Origin: a virus
Taxonomy: Duplodnaviria > Caudoviricetes
DNA: 51,974 nucleotides
Reading direction: 5' to 3' (one strand)
Virus record (IMG/VR): IMGVR_UViG_3300031473_000132
Span: 1 to 51,974 of that record
Positions 24,585-35,042 of this stretch are shown one piece after another; positions within the stretch are counted from its first letter, which is position 1, and every line of letters starts with the position of its first letter. Made by a program: the position numbers and the translations under genes. A model generated the notes under the pieces. The model was not told where the DNA came from. It was given only the letters and a program-made list of their open reading frames with translations, and made no database searches.

Positions 24585-27232
24585 GGGTCAACTCCCTGCT
24601 GTTGGTCTATTTCCGTAAACGTCAGGTCCATCTTGCCGAGCTTGCTGCTGTGTTCGTCGCTCTCGCCGCCGCTCGTGAGCACGACATAGAACAACCTCCG
24701 CTTTGGATCGCGATAGAGCACGACCCTCGGCAGCGGGTAGCCGTCATCGCCGATCCGTGGCCGCGCAATCTGGCGGACCGTCGCGATCACGTCTCGCGCC
24801 GTGTAGGTGCCGTTCGGATCGTCCATCACGGCGAACGACCCGCTCAGAACGCTGCTATCCGCATTCCCGGAGAAAATCACTGGTTTGCTTCCCCATGTCG
24901 CGATCACCTCCACGTCGTTGACCCATTCCAGGGACCGGTCCGTCCAGTACCGCAGCGGGCAGCCGAGGTCGTCGTCGTCCATCGTCACGATCGTGCTGTG
25001 CTTGAGCGTGACGCTCGATTGCGCGACGGCGGGCACACTCTCGACCATATCGAAGGTGTTGACCCGCTTGAGATAGGTCGCCCGGTATTCGTAAGCCACT
25101 CCAGAGAGGGCCGTCCGGTCGATGAAGAGCCGGGCATCCCGTGTCAGGGTGTGCGCCAGGACAATCGATTGCTGCGTCTCGAGGTTGACCCGCCGCAGCA
25201 CGTAGCCGCCGAAGTCGACGTCCGCGACCTGCGCGACGGTGGCCGCGTCCCAGGTGACGCTGATCCGGCTCCACTCGGACGGATCGGTGGCGTGCTCGAA
25301 TGGTCCCGCCAACGTGCTGGCAGCGATCGTGGTGAGCGCGGAGGGTGCCGGATAGGCGATGGAGAATGTGCGGCTGACCGTCGTGATCAGGCCGTCCGAC
25401 GTGGTGAGCGTCAGATCGAGCCGGTAGCGGCGTCCGTTGTGGAGTTGTGCCGCTGGCGTTCCGATGTTCGTGATCGCGCTTCCGTACGTGTCGTGCCGGA
25501 CCTGCCCGTCACCGGTCACGTTGCCGCCCGCGTCCACCTCCGTCACGACGATCAGCTTCGAGGTCTGCGTACGGTCCACCGTCCACGTGAACGTGGGAGT
25601 GCCGATGGCATATGCCTGCTCCGCCGTGGGCGAGGTGATCACGATCGTTGGCGCCGTGACGTAATTGATCGCGGTCCACGCCGAGAACGCGCCCGCCTTG
25701 CCCCATGCGTCAGTTGCCGCAACCGACCACTGGTACGCCCCCACGCCGGAGGGGAAGAGCGTCGCCGAGGCCGCGACCTCGTGCCGACCGGTGGCGCTGT
25801 TGTAGGAGCCGGAAACCGAAACACCGTTCCCCGAGTCCGAGGCGAGCCGGACGCGGAAGGTTGAGCTCAGCGTGCTCGTGTCGTTGGTCGCATCGGTGAT
25901 CAGCGCCGAGAGCACCGGGAAGTTCGCGAACGAGGTGCCAGCGGCAGGGGTTAACGATGTCGGCGCGTCCGGCATCGCATTGACCGTGATGAAATCCGTC
26001 GCCGCCCACGGGGACAGGATGCCGTTGATATCGAGACCCTGCGTCTCGATCCGGCAGACCGTGCCCTCTGGCAGGGGAGCAAACCCGCCGCCTGCCGCCG
26101 CCCACTCGGCGAAGGTGAATGCCGTGGTGCCGCCATTGGCAACGGATTTTGCGATATACCGCTCTCCACGCAGCGGCGTCGGATTGCCGCCAAGCGCGAC
26201 GATGGCCGCGCCTGCCGGGTCAAGGATGCGAACGTTCAAGCCCTGCATCGCAAGACCGTCCTGGCTCTGCCAGAGGACGCTCGCGCCTGGTGTCGTGCTG
26301 TTGGTGACGGCGTACCTGTCGTTGCCGATCCCGGCCACCACACCCGCCGCGAATGACGGGATCGTGGTCCCGCCCGCGCTGACCGCGAAGTTCCATTCGG
26401 CGACCGGCGACGGGGTATCGAACTGATCGTAGACGGTCGCCCGCGCCACGTAGGAACCGGGGGAGAGTGACGTGGGGCACGTCCATGACACACGGCGGGC
26501 CGTCTGCTGCCCGGTCGTGGCGGTGGTGATATTCGAGGTCGCGAGACGGCTCGTTTTTGCCGTGTTCCAGATCTCGAACAGGTACTTCTTGACCTTGTCG
26601 GCCTGCCCGAGCGTGAATCCGGGAAGCACTTCATCGGGATCGCGGAAGTCGCAGGCGAGCGTTGGCGTCGAGGTCGCCACGCGCCCGTTGGCGACCGGTG
26701 AGAGTCCGGTCGGTTTGTCCGGGGGCCGGTTGGTCGTGATCTCCGCCCACAGCGACATCTTCCCTTCGGGCCGGTTATTGTCCGGTGTCCACGTATCCGC
26801 AAACCCCGTAATGGATGTGTCTTCGTACATCATCCAGCCAGAGCCGTCTTGGCCATGCGCGATACTGGCACCGGAGGCACGCACGCCGAGCGCGACGTAC
26901 GAACCGTCCCCGTACGGCGCGCCGGGACCGATCATGACCGGCACGGTTGCCTTGCTCGTGTAATCAGAGCCTGAGGCGTTGTCGATCATCGGTATGGAGA
27001 CGGTGAACGTGCCGGAGACGCCGAGGAGATCGCCCATCAGGTTGTTCCGAAACCCGGAGACCGCGAACTGGGCGGTAGACGACGTGCCCGTATTGCGCCC
27101 CAGCCGCCCGCCAAAGCTTGTCAGCCAGCCGTTCTGAGCAATATTGCCGAAGACACTTCCCCGTGCGTGGTTCGGCAGCATCTCGCCATAGCCGATATCG
27201 TTCCCTGCCGGCTTGCGGCCAATGGTCGTCAT
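24572..27232 (-). CDS. Minor tail protein with Ig/FN3-like domains
   Basis: NRPPDKPT, NAMPDAPT, YQWSVAATD, YEYRATY motifs; follows tape measure via TAATG overlap. Confidence 0.7.
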   Translation of the reverse strand: MTTIGRKPAGNDIGYGEMLPNHARGSVFGNIAQNGWLTSFGGRLGRNTGTSSTAQFAVSGFRNNLMGDLLGVSGTFTVSIPMIDNASGSDYTSKATVPVMIGPGAPYGDGSYVALGVRASGASIAHGQDGSGWMMYEDTSITGFADTWTPDNNRPEGKMSLWAEITTNRPPDKPTGLSPVANGRVATSTPTLACDFRDPDEVLPGFTLGQADKVKKYLFEIWNTAKTSRLATSNITTATTGQQTARRVSWTCPTSLSPGSYVARATVYDQFDTPSPVAEWNFAVSAGGTTIPSFAAGVVAGIGNDRYAVTNSTTPGASVLWQSQDGLAMQGLNVRILDPAGAAIVALGGNPTPLRGERYIAKSVANGGTTAFTFAEWAAAGGGFAPLPEGTVCRIETQGLDINGILSPWAATDFITVNAMPDAPTSLTPAAGTSFANFPVLSALITDATNDTSTLSSTFRVRLASDSGNGVSVSGSYNSATGRHEVAASATLFPSGVGAYQWSVAATDAWGKAGAFSAWTAINYVTAPTIVITSPTAEQAYAIGTPTFTWTVDRTQTSKLIVVTEVDAGGNVTGDGQVRHDTYGSAITNIGTPAAQLHNGRRYRLDLTLTTSDGLITTVSRTFSIAYPAPSALTTIAASTLAGPFEHATDPSEWSRISVTWDAATVAQVADVDFGGYVLRRVNLETQQSIVLAHTLTRDARLFIDRTALSGVAYEYRATYLKRVNTFDMVESVPAVAQSSVTLKHSTIVTMDDDDLGCPLRYWTDRSLEWVNDVEVIATWGSKPVIFSGNADSSVLSGSFAVMDDPNGTYTARDVIATVRQIARPRIGDDGYPLPRVVLYRDPKRRLFYVVLTSGGESDEHSSKLGKMDLTFTEIDQQQGVDPWTS

Positions 27233-30200
27233 TACCTACCCATCCCGTTGACATCGACGTAATCCTGATGCATCACCTGGACGATCCGGCGCGCCAGTTG
27301 CTCCCCGTCTTCACCTGGTTGCTGGGTGATCTGGTTCGTGGTGTAGTAATTGACGGTCGAGGATGTTCCGGAGGATGCTGGCGCATTGGCCCAGAGCGCG
27401 GCTGCCGGGCTGACCGCGCCGAACCCGTAGCCGGTCGGGACCGCAACCAGGGCGGCACTGGCACGGGCGACGGCCGGGATCATGTCCCGGATGCCCATCT
27501 CGAAGCCTTGACCCGTGAAGCGTCCGAGCTTGCCAAAGAGCTTCGAGGGGGACGCGATTCTGGCTTTGGCCCGGATCGCAGCATCCGCCGCCGCGACCAT
27601 CGCCCCCGCTGCTGCCTGGATTGCCCCGAGTGCCGAGTACATTCCGGAGGCGAAGCTACTGCTGATATTCGCTCCGGCGCTGTAGGCGGCACCCGCGGCA
27701 CTGGCGCCGATGGAACTGACGATCCCCGGGATTGCCCCGAGCGCGCTCTGCACTTGTCCCGCTGCATTCCTCGCACCATTTCCAAGACCTGATGCGAGTT
27801 GGTTTCCGGCGTTGCTGGCCGCACTTCCGACCTGAGACGCCATGCTCGACGCCGCACTGCTGATCGAAGAACAGGCGCTCTGGAACGCACTTGATGCCTG
27901 CTGTGCTCCCGATGTGACTGCCGACCTGAATGTATTCATCCCACTCGCGCCGCTCGCCCCTACGACAATCATTGCCGACGCAACGGTTGCTGTCATCGAG
28001 ATAATCGACGAAGACATTGCACTAGCCGCGCTCGACGCTCCGGTCCTGATTGCATTGGTAAAGGTCGCCATTCCGCTCGTCGCGCTGGCCGCAACAACAA
28101 TCAGGGCCGACGCAACGGTTGCCGTCATCGCAATCACTGACGAACTCATCGCCACCGTCGCGCTCGCCACAAGGGTTCCGGTCGTGATGAATCCGGTTGC
28201 CAGTCCGGTCAGGGAGACGCCCACGTTGATACTCATCGTGGAGACTGCGAGGTCGAACGTCACCAGACCGAGCGCCCACGCCGTGAGTGCGGTGGTGATG
28301 AGCGTTCCCGTCATGATGAAACCCGTAGCGAGTCCGGTAAGAGCAACGCCCACGTTGATGCTCATGGTCGTCACGGCCAGCTCGAATGCGGTCATTCCCA
28401 GACCCCACGCCAGGAACGCAGCGGTCAGCAGAACGCCGGTCATAATGAAACCCGTCGCGAGCGCAGTCAGCGATATTCCCACGGTTGTCGCCATTAGGGT
28501 GACTGCCATTGTGAACGTCGTTAATCCAAGTGCCCACGCCGTGAATGCAGCGGTAAGCAGGGTGCCAGTCATGATGAAGCCGGTCGCCAACGCGGTGAGC
28601 GTTGCTCCGACGGTCACGCTCATGGTCGTCACGGCGGTTGAGAACGTGGTCAGTCCGGTCGTGACGGTGGTAAGGAACGTCGTGACACCCGTGGACCAAC
28701 CCGACATCGAAGTCAGTGTCGCTCCCACGAACGTGGCAATCGTGGTGCTGACAATCGGGAATCCGGCGTTGAGTGTGGTCAAGGGTCCGCTGTTGAGCGT
28801 CGTCAGGAAGGTTGTCATCGCTGTAGACCAGCCGGACATCAGCCCGAGCGTGGAGCCGACGAACCCCGCGATCGTAGCCGCTACAATAGGAAATCCGGCG
28901 TTGAGTGTCGTGAGTGGTCCATCGTTAAGCGATGACACTGCAATACCGAAGGCGTTTATATACCCGCCAAGACCGCTGATTGCCGACCCGACCGTATTCA
29001 GTCCGCTGTTTAATGTGGTCAGGGAACCGTAGAGCTTGTCGACCGCCTTCTGGAGGTCAGCGATATTCGCGGGATTGGGAATAGCCGGAGCCGGTGCCGC
29101 ATTTCCCTTGTCATCCTTCTTCCCACTACTGCCGGTCAGGAAGTCTGCACCGCTCTGAAGCAGACTGTATCCCTTGTTTGATGCTTCCTGTGCCTTGCTA
29201 ATAACGCCATTGATCGCATCGCCGATACCTGAAATGATTCCCTTCATGCCATCGAAGGCGGTCGTGATTGCACTGAGATCAATGAGCGAGGCAAGTCTGT
29301 CTCCTACCTCGCTGAAGATCGTCTTCAGCGCGCCAATTGCCCCAGTCCATGCATCGACACCACCCTGCACCGCATCTTTGATCTTCGTGCTAATCGCATC
29401 CTTGATATTGCCGAGTCCCTTGGCAACATCGCCAGATATGTCCTTGACCGCACCGGTTGCCGCGCTCGGAAGAGCCGCAAGATTGCTTGCCAGTGCCTGC
29501 ACTCCGCCAAGCACCCATCGTGCGGCGGCGGCGCCAAACTGGCCAAGCTTCTGAATGATCCTTCCGACGACCTCCGGAACTGCACCAACAATTGCGGACG
29601 GAAGGCTCGCCAGATTCGCGACAAGCGCCTGTATACCGGTCAATACCCATCGAGCCGCAGCCGCCGCGAAGCTGCCCAGCTTGGCGATGATCGACGCAAC
29701 CACGTCAGGAACGGCTCCGACCACAGCAGAGGGAAGTGACGCCAAGTTGGCGACAAGCGCCTGCACACCTCCAAGGACCCAGAGGGCAGCGCCCGCCGCA
29801 AACGTTCCAAGCTTCGTGAAGATTTGAGCAACCACCTCAGGAACTGCGGAGACGATAGCCGAAGGAAGTGATGCGAGGTTGGCAACAAGGGCTTGGACGC
29901 CACCCAATACCCAGAGCGCTGCCCCTGCCGCAAATGCTCCTAGCTTGACGAAGATTTGCGTAACCACCTCTGGCACAGCACCAAGAACGGCTCCGGAAAT
30001 ACTTGCGAGGTTACTCACCAACGCCTGCACTCCACTCAGCACCCACATTGCAGCGCCTGCCGCAAAGGTGCCTAGCTTTGTGAAGATCGATGCAACCACT
30101 TCCGGAACGGCAGCTATAATTGCGCTTGGCAGACTGGCGAGGTTGGCCACAAGCGCCTGAATCCCTCCAAGTACCCAGAGAGCGGCACCTGCGGCAAAGG

Positions 30201-33200
30201 TTCCGAGCTTCGTAAAGATTTGACCCACAACTTCGGGCACGGCAGCTACGATCGCCGAAGAGAGAGAAGCAAGGTTGCTAACCAACGCTTGCACACCACC
30301 GAGTACCCACAGAGCCGCGCCTGCCGCAAAGGTTCCAAGCTTGGTGAATATCTGTGTCACGACCTCAGGAACGGCGGAGACAATCGCGCTCGGCAAACTT
30401 GCAAGATTGCTTACAAGTGCCTGTATTCCGCCCAGAACCCAAAGCGCAGCTCCGGCAGCGAATGTTCCAAGTTTTACGAATATCTGTCCGACAACTTCAG
30501 GAACGGCGGAAACAATCGCGGAAGGCAACGAGGCGAGGTTGGCGACCAATGCCTGAACTCCACCCAATACCCATGTAGCTGCCTTGCCTGCAAACTCTCC
30601 AAGCTTCGTAAAGATAGATGTCACAACCTCGGGAACTGCACCAACAACCGCCGATGCAAGCGAGGCGAGATTGCTGGCAATTGATCGAACACCACCAAGA
30701 ACCCAGAGTGCTGCTGGCCCCGCAAACTCTCCAAGTTTCGTGATGATCTGCGTTACGATTTCCGGCGCTGCCCCGACAGCGGCGCTGGCGATGCTTGCGA
30801 GATTGCTGGCAAGTGCCTGGACGCCACCCAATACCCATAAGGCAGCCCCGGCAGCGAATTGTCCCAACTTGCTGACGATCTGCGTCACAACTTCCGGCGC
30901 TGCGCTTACGACCGCACTGGCGATGCTCCCGAGGTTCGCAACGAGGGCCTGGACGCCACCGAGAACCCACAGAGCGGCAGCCGCGCCGAATGCACCCAGC
31001 TTCGTGATGATGTCACCAGTGATATCCTTGGCCCCATCGGCAATCGTAGAGAACTTGTCCCCTACTCCAGTCGCGGCATTGGTGATCCACGTACCGACGG
31101 CAGTTGCGAGGTCACCGAGCTTGGCCACGACTTCAAGCGCGATATCCTTCGCACCGCTTACGATCCCAGTGAAATCCACAGCACTCGCCGCATCGGCAAT
31201 CCATCTCCCAACAGCACCGGCCAGATCGCCGAGCTTGCCGATGATGCTTCCGGCAATATCGCCTGCCCCGCTGACAAGCGCAGACCAGTCCACCGCACCT
31301 GCGGCTGCACTAATCCACGACATGACCACGCCGCCAAGATCGCCCAGCAATCCTGGTATTGCCGAGACCGCCGCCTTCAGTCCATCAAAGAGTGCCGTCC
31401 ACGGGATCGCCCGGAACGCTTCCATGATGAACGTCGGCAGCGATGTGAAGCCCGACTTGACGAGTTCGATCGCGGACGTGGCGGCATCGCCCAAGCCCGA
31501 GAAGAACCCCGACACATCACCCTGAAGTAGCGACGAGAAGGCGTTGGCGAGTCCGCCGATGATGCCGATAAGCCCGTCGAAGATGCCGCCGATCGCGCCG
31601 ATCGTCCCACTAAAGGCGCTGAACTTCCCTTGCAGGTAGTCAACTGCACTGCCGAGCAGGCCACGAAGGCCGGACGCGGCAGCCCCCACGACGCCGAAGA
31701 GCGCCCCGAAGATGCCGGTGATGTACTGACCGAGACCGGTGAAGAGCGTCTTGACGCCGTCGATCGCGCCGCCGAAATCACCTTGCAAGAGGCTTCCAAC
31801 GGCGTGGAAGGCACCGCTGATCACATTGCCTGCGCCTCGCGCCGTCTGCCCGAGCCCGGTGAAGACCTTGGCGAGACCTGGAAACTGCTTCGCCAACCCG
31901 TCGAGCGCTTTCCCGGCGAGATCGTACGCTCCCTTTGCCCCCGTGCCGAAGTTCTTGAAGGCGGACCCGACGCTCCCCAAACCGGCGAGCAGCGAGCTGA
32001 GCGCGCCCGAGAAATCGCCCGAGAGCGCCTTCCCGATCGCGTCGCCGAATTGCTGGGCAGCAGTGCTGAGGAACGCGAACGCGCTCGACAACGGGCCGAG
32101 CACGCCCGCCAGTGCCGGGAACCGGAGGCTGAGGATGGCCAGCACGGCAGCAACCGCGCTGAGTGCCGCCGACACGGGATTCATCGTTTGACTGAGAGTG
32201 CCGAAAACGCTTGCGAAGAGCTGGACGTAGCCGATGACGGACTGAACGACGTTGCCGACCGCATCAAACCCGTTAGCAAGGCGCACGAGGAACGCCGGGG
32301 TGTTGTCCCCGTTGATTGCCCGTAACGCCGTCGCAATGGCATGGAAGATCGCGACAACCGGGTTCATCCCGAGCCCGGCTTCCTTGAAGTGGATAAGGGT
32401 GTTGCCGAGTTTGGTCACGCCTTCACCGCCGCCGGTCAGGTCGTCGAATGCGCTCTTGATGTTGCTGACGAAGTTCTTGACGCTATCGACAACACCATTG
32501 ATCAAGTCGCGGAACCCGAGGAAGTTCGTCTTGTAGGCGAGGTAGAAGATGGCGGCCGCTGCCGCTGCCGCCAGCAGCACCGGGATCATCGGCGCGATTG
32601 ACGAGATCAACCCACCGCTGCGCAGTCCGGTTTCGACATCCTTGACTCCGCGCAAGGCAGTACTGACGGCCAGGATCTTCGGCAACAGCAACAGGAAGCC
32701 GCCGCCCACAAGCGCGAGCACCCCGGCGATACCGGTGAACGCCGCAATCGCGGTCTGAATCCCGGACGGCAAGTTTAGGAAGCCGTTGACCACGGTGGTG
32801 ATGACTTCGACGATCTTCGTCAGCGCGGGCAGCAGCAGCGAACCGATCGTGATCGCGACCGTTTCGATCGAGCCCTTGAGCTGCTCGAGCTTGCCGGAGA
32901 AGTTGTTCATGCGAACGGCAGCCTGTTCCGCTGCCGTGCCGGTATCCGTCATCCGCTTCTTGCTGTCGACAAAGGCGTCACTGTTGTTGGCAACCGCTTT
33001 GGACTGCGCATCCATGATCGTGGTAAAGGCGGCCGCCCCGTCCTTGCCCGCGACCTGCTGGGCGAGACTCAGCTTCTGTTCCTGCGTCAGCCCTGACCAC
33101 GTCCCGGCGAGATCGTGGGTAATCGCCTCGAGTCCCCGAAACTGGCCGTTCGTGTCGTACGCCGAGACACCGACCCCTGCCAGCGCAACGGATCCCTCGG

Positions 33201-33948
33201 ACGATGTATCGGCCAGGTTGAGCATGATGTTGCGGAGCGCGGTGGCCCCGACCTCGCCCTTGATTCCGGCGTCCCCGAGAATGACCATCCCGGCCGCGAC
33301 GTCTTCCATTGGAATCCCGAGCGCCGCTGCCACCGGACCGGCACTCTTCAGCGCCAGCGCCCAGTCGTTGACGTCCAACGCACTCGCGTTCGCGCTTTGA
33401 GCGATCAGGTCCGTGGCGGTTGTGTAGTCCACGCCGAAGATGTTGACCGCCGCCGCCGCCGTTTCCGCTGCCAGCGGAACGTCTACCCCGGTCGCGTTCG
33501 CGAGTGCAAGGACTTGCTCGGTAGCGCCGTTGAGCACGTCAGGGAGGCTGGCGCCCGCCTTGATCATGATCTCCATCGCCTGCGCGGATTCGGTCGCGCT
33601 GAATGCGGTGTCCTTGCCGAGCCGGAGTGCCTCTTCACGCAGCTTGCCGATGTCCGATCCGGTCGCACCGGAGACCGACTGGACCGCGCTCATCTGTTGC
33701 TCGAACGAGGCGGCGCTCTTGACGGCAAAACCGAAGCCGCCCACCACCGCCGTGCCGAAGCCGACCATGCCGAGTCCGACCGCGCGGATCGATTGCTGGT
33801 TGCGCGTCGCCCAGCCCTGAAGGCCGGTCGCACTGCCGGACGTGGCGTCGAGGTTGCGCAGGCCCGCCCCGACCTGATTCAGCGCGGAAAGAGCGCCAGC
33901 AGCGTCGAGGTTGATGCGGCCTTCCGCGCTACCCAAACTATCTGTCAT
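27232..33948 (-). CDS. Tail tape measure protein (TP901-type core)
   Basis: FEQQMSAV..LREEALRLGKDTAFSATESAQAM..GIKGEVGATALRN; very long with tandem repeats; start ATG33948. Confidence 0.95.
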   Translation of the reverse strand: MTDSLGSAEGRINLDAAGALSALNQVGAGLRNLDATSGSATGLQGWATRNQQSIRAVGLGMVGFGTAVVGGFGFAVKSAASFEQQMSAVQSVSGATGSDIGKLREEALRLGKDTAFSATESAQAMEIMIKAGASLPDVLNGATEQVLALANATGVDVPLAAETAAAAVNIFGVDYTTATDLIAQSANASALDVNDWALALKSAGPVAAALGIPMEDVAAGMVILGDAGIKGEVGATALRNIMLNLADTSSEGSVALAGVGVSAYDTNGQFRGLEAITHDLAGTWSGLTQEQKLSLAQQVAGKDGAAAFTTIMDAQSKAVANNSDAFVDSKKRMTDTGTAAEQAAVRMNNFSGKLEQLKGSIETVAITIGSLLLPALTKIVEVITTVVNGFLNLPSGIQTAIAAFTGIAGVLALVGGGFLLLLPKILAVSTALRGVKDVETGLRSGGLISSIAPMIPVLLAAAAAAAIFYLAYKTNFLGFRDLINGVVDSVKNFVSNIKSAFDDLTGGGEGVTKLGNTLIHFKEAGLGMNPVVAIFHAIATALRAINGDNTPAFLVRLANGFDAVGNVVQSVIGYVQLFASVFGTLSQTMNPVSAALSAVAAVLAILSLRFPALAGVLGPLSSAFAFLSTAAQQFGDAIGKALSGDFSGALSSLLAGLGSVGSAFKNFGTGAKGAYDLAGKALDGLAKQFPGLAKVFTGLGQTARGAGNVISGAFHAVGSLLQGDFGGAIDGVKTLFTGLGQYITGIFGALFGVVGAAASGLRGLLGSAVDYLQGKFSAFSGTIGAIGGIFDGLIGIIGGLANAFSSLLQGDVSGFFSGLGDAATSAIELVKSGFTSLPTFIMEAFRAIPWTALFDGLKAAVSAIPGLLGDLGGVVMSWISAAAGAVDWSALVSGAGDIAGSIIGKLGDLAGAVGRWIADAASAVDFTGIVSGAKDIALEVVAKLGDLATAVGTWITNAATGVGDKFSTIADGAKDITGDIITKLGAFGAAAALWVLGGVQALVANLGSIASAVVSAAPEVVTQIVSKLGQFAAGAALWVLGGVQALASNLASIASAAVGAAPEIVTQIITKLGEFAGPAALWVLGGVRSIASNLASLASAVVGAVPEVVTSIFTKLGEFAGKAATWVLGGVQALVANLASLPSAIVSAVPEVVGQIFVKLGTFAAGAALWVLGGIQALVSNLASLPSAIVSAVPEVVTQIFTKLGTFAAGAALWVLGGVQALVSNLASLSSAIVAAVPEVVGQIFTKLGTFAAGAALWVLGGIQALVANLASLPSAIIAAVPEVVASIFTKLGTFAAGAAMWVLSGVQALVSNLASISGAVLGAVPEVVTQIFVKLGAFAAGAALWVLGGVQALVANLASLPSAIVSAVPEVVAQIFTKLGTFAAGAALWVLGGVQALVANLASLPSAVVGAVPDVVASIIAKLGSFAAAAARWVLTGIQALVANLASLPSAIVGAVPEVVGRIIQKLGQFGAAAARWVLGGVQALASNLAALPSAATGAVKDISGDVAKGLGNIKDAISTKIKDAVQGGVDAWTGAIGALKTIFSEVGDRLASLIDLSAITTAFDGMKGIISGIGDAINGVISKAQEASNKGYSLLQSGADFLTGSSGKKDDKGNAAPAPAIPNPANIADLQKAVDKLYGSLTTLNSGLNTVGSAISGLGGYINAFGIAVSSLNDGPLTTLNAGFPIVAATIAGFVGSTLGLMSGWSTAMTTFLTTLNSGPLTTLNAGFPIVSTTIATFVGATLTSMSGWSTGVTTFLTTVTTGLTTFSTAVTTMSVTVGATLTALATGFIMTGTLLTAAFTAWALGLTTFTMAVTLMATTVGISLTALATGFIMTGVLLTAAFLAWGLGMTAFELAVTTMSINVGVALTGLATGFIMTGTLITTALTAWALGLVTFDLAVSTMSINVGVSLTGLATGFITTGTLVASATVAMSSSVIAMTATVASALIVVAASATSGMATFTNAIRTGASSAASAMSSSIISMTATVASAMIVVGASGASGMNTFRSAVTSGAQQASSAFQSACSSISSAASSMASQVGSAASNAGNQLASGLGNGARNAAGQVQSALGAIPGIVSSIGASAAGAAYSAGANISSSFASGMYSALGAIQAAAGAMVAAADAAIRAKARIASPSKLFGKLGRFTGQGFEMGIRDMIPAVARASAALVAVPTGYGFGAVSPAAALWANAPASSGTSSTVNYYTTNQITQQPGEDGEQLARRIVQVMHQDYVDVNGMGR
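29416..30999 (-). repeat. Twelve 132-bp (44-aa) tandem repeats in tape measure gene
   Basis: LGxFAAGAALWVLGGVQALVxNLASLPSAIVxAVPEVVxxIFTK counted 12 times. Confidence 0.9.
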
Positions 33949-33983
33949 GGCAGCTCTTCCAGTACTAAGGAAGGGCCACCAAA

Positions 33984-34064
33984 TGGTATAATTGAGGAAC
34001 ACAAAAGGCCGGAGCACTGCGCAAACAGCCCCCGGCATGACACCTTAGCGATAGGACCGCCAAG
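33984..34064 (+). promoter_or_regulatory. Nuclease-cassette leader copy D
   Basis: TGGTATAAT..GCCGGAGCACTG-CGCAAA-CAGCCCCGGC-ATGACAC-CTTaGCGataggacCGCcAAG-ATG. Confidence 0.75.
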
Positions 34065-34883
34065 ATGCCCCCCCAGTTTACTCAGCTTCCTCTTATTCCA
34101 TCCACTCCAATTGACCCATACTCGCGTTCCGGTAAGGTGTTCTCGTGTGAATTGTGTGGTACACCATTCTACCGATACCTTGCGGACATTCGAAAAGCTG
34201 AATCTCGCGGAGCTCGTATTAGGTTCTGTTCGAACATCTGTGCTCGCAAGGAAAAGGCTTCCACAAACAGAAAATGCACCTGTGAGCAGTGTGGTGAATC
34301 GTTCATCGTCTGGGCTAGTGTGTTCATTCATGCAGTGGAGTGGGGTAACGGTGCCGGCAGATTCTGTTCCGCAAATTGTCGCGATGTTTTTATGGCAGAG
34401 GCTCGCCGCACCGCGATAATGGTTCCGTGCATGACGTGTGGCAAACTGCACCGCAGAATCCCCGCACTGATCAGAGAGCGTATGTTTTGCTCTGCCAAGT
34501 GCATGGGCGCGCAAGTCCAAGCGTGGGCCCGCTTCAGCTTTTACGGCATAGGGGGGAAGCGCGCCGATATCGGAAACCACTACTTCCGAAGTCGATGGGA
34601 AGCGAATATCGCTCGAATGCTTAACGCTATGAATATGACGTGGGAATACGAACCGCGAACCTTCGACTGCGCTACTGGGTTCTACACACCGGATTTTCTT
34701 ATCGATGGAAAGTATTGGATTGAAGTGAAGGGGTACCTGACGCCGATTGCGAGAGCGAAGATGGATGCGTTTCGCATGCAATATCCCGACGAGCGCCTCG
34801 TTGTTATCGATCGTGCCATGTACAAAACTTTGCAGCGCGAATGGGAACCCCGTATTCCTGAATGGGAGCACTCTGCTACTTGA
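34065..34883 (+). CDS. Zn-finger PD-(D/E)XK endonuclease, antisense to late operon
   Basis: Three CxxC..FCSxxC units; FRSRWEANIA..WEYEP..YTPDF..IEVKGY. Confidence 0.88.
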   Translation: MPPQFTQLPLIPSTPIDPYSRSGKVFSCELCGTPFYRYLADIRKAESRGARIRFCSNICARKEKASTNRKCTCEQCGESFIVWASVFIHAVEWGNGAGRFCSANCRDVFMAEARRTAIMVPCMTCGKLHRRIPALIRERMFCSAKCMGAQVQAWARFSFYGIGGKRADIGNHYFRSRWEANIARMLNAMNMTWEYEPRTFDCATGFYTPDFLIDGKYWIEVKGYLTPIARAKMDAFRMQYPDERLVVIDRAMYKTLQREWEPRIPEWEHSAT

Positions 34884-34906
34884 TTCGGTTGTGGGGGGCG
34901 CCAAAG

Positions 34907-35001
34907 AGCGCGAGATGTGCATGCAAAAGCTCCGATGCTGGAGCCTCGCCTGCGCATCTCGCGCTACGGAGGACTTATACTGATCTGCGAGAATTATACC
35001 A
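34907..35001 (-). promoter_or_regulatory. Internal leftward promoter with structured leader
   Basis: TGGTATAAT at 35001-34993; GCGCGAGATG..CATCTCGCGC stem enclosing GCTCC-agcatc-GGAGC-TTTT. Confidence 0.6.
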
Positions 35002-35042
35002 TTGATGCGAATCGCAGCGGTGACGAGCGAAGGGATCCGGGT

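Larger units (their letters stand above)
33945..34922 (-). other. Stop-free bridging frame opposite the PD-(D/E)XK nuclease gene
   Basis: GGAG 7 nt before ATG34922; 325 codons; TGA overlaps tape measure ATG (ATGA). Confidence 0.45.

Noticed and set aside
33949-34038. Upstream extension of the tape measure ORF to 34038
   Set aside because: It is the reverse complement of the nuclease promoter/leader; ATG33948 gives a typical tape measure N-terminus
21530-34419. Long + strand ORFs opposite tail and tape measure genes (e.g. 24458-25864, 27842-29032, 33115-34419)
   Set aside because: Ordinary GC-rich shadow frames with no RBS or coupling at their ends
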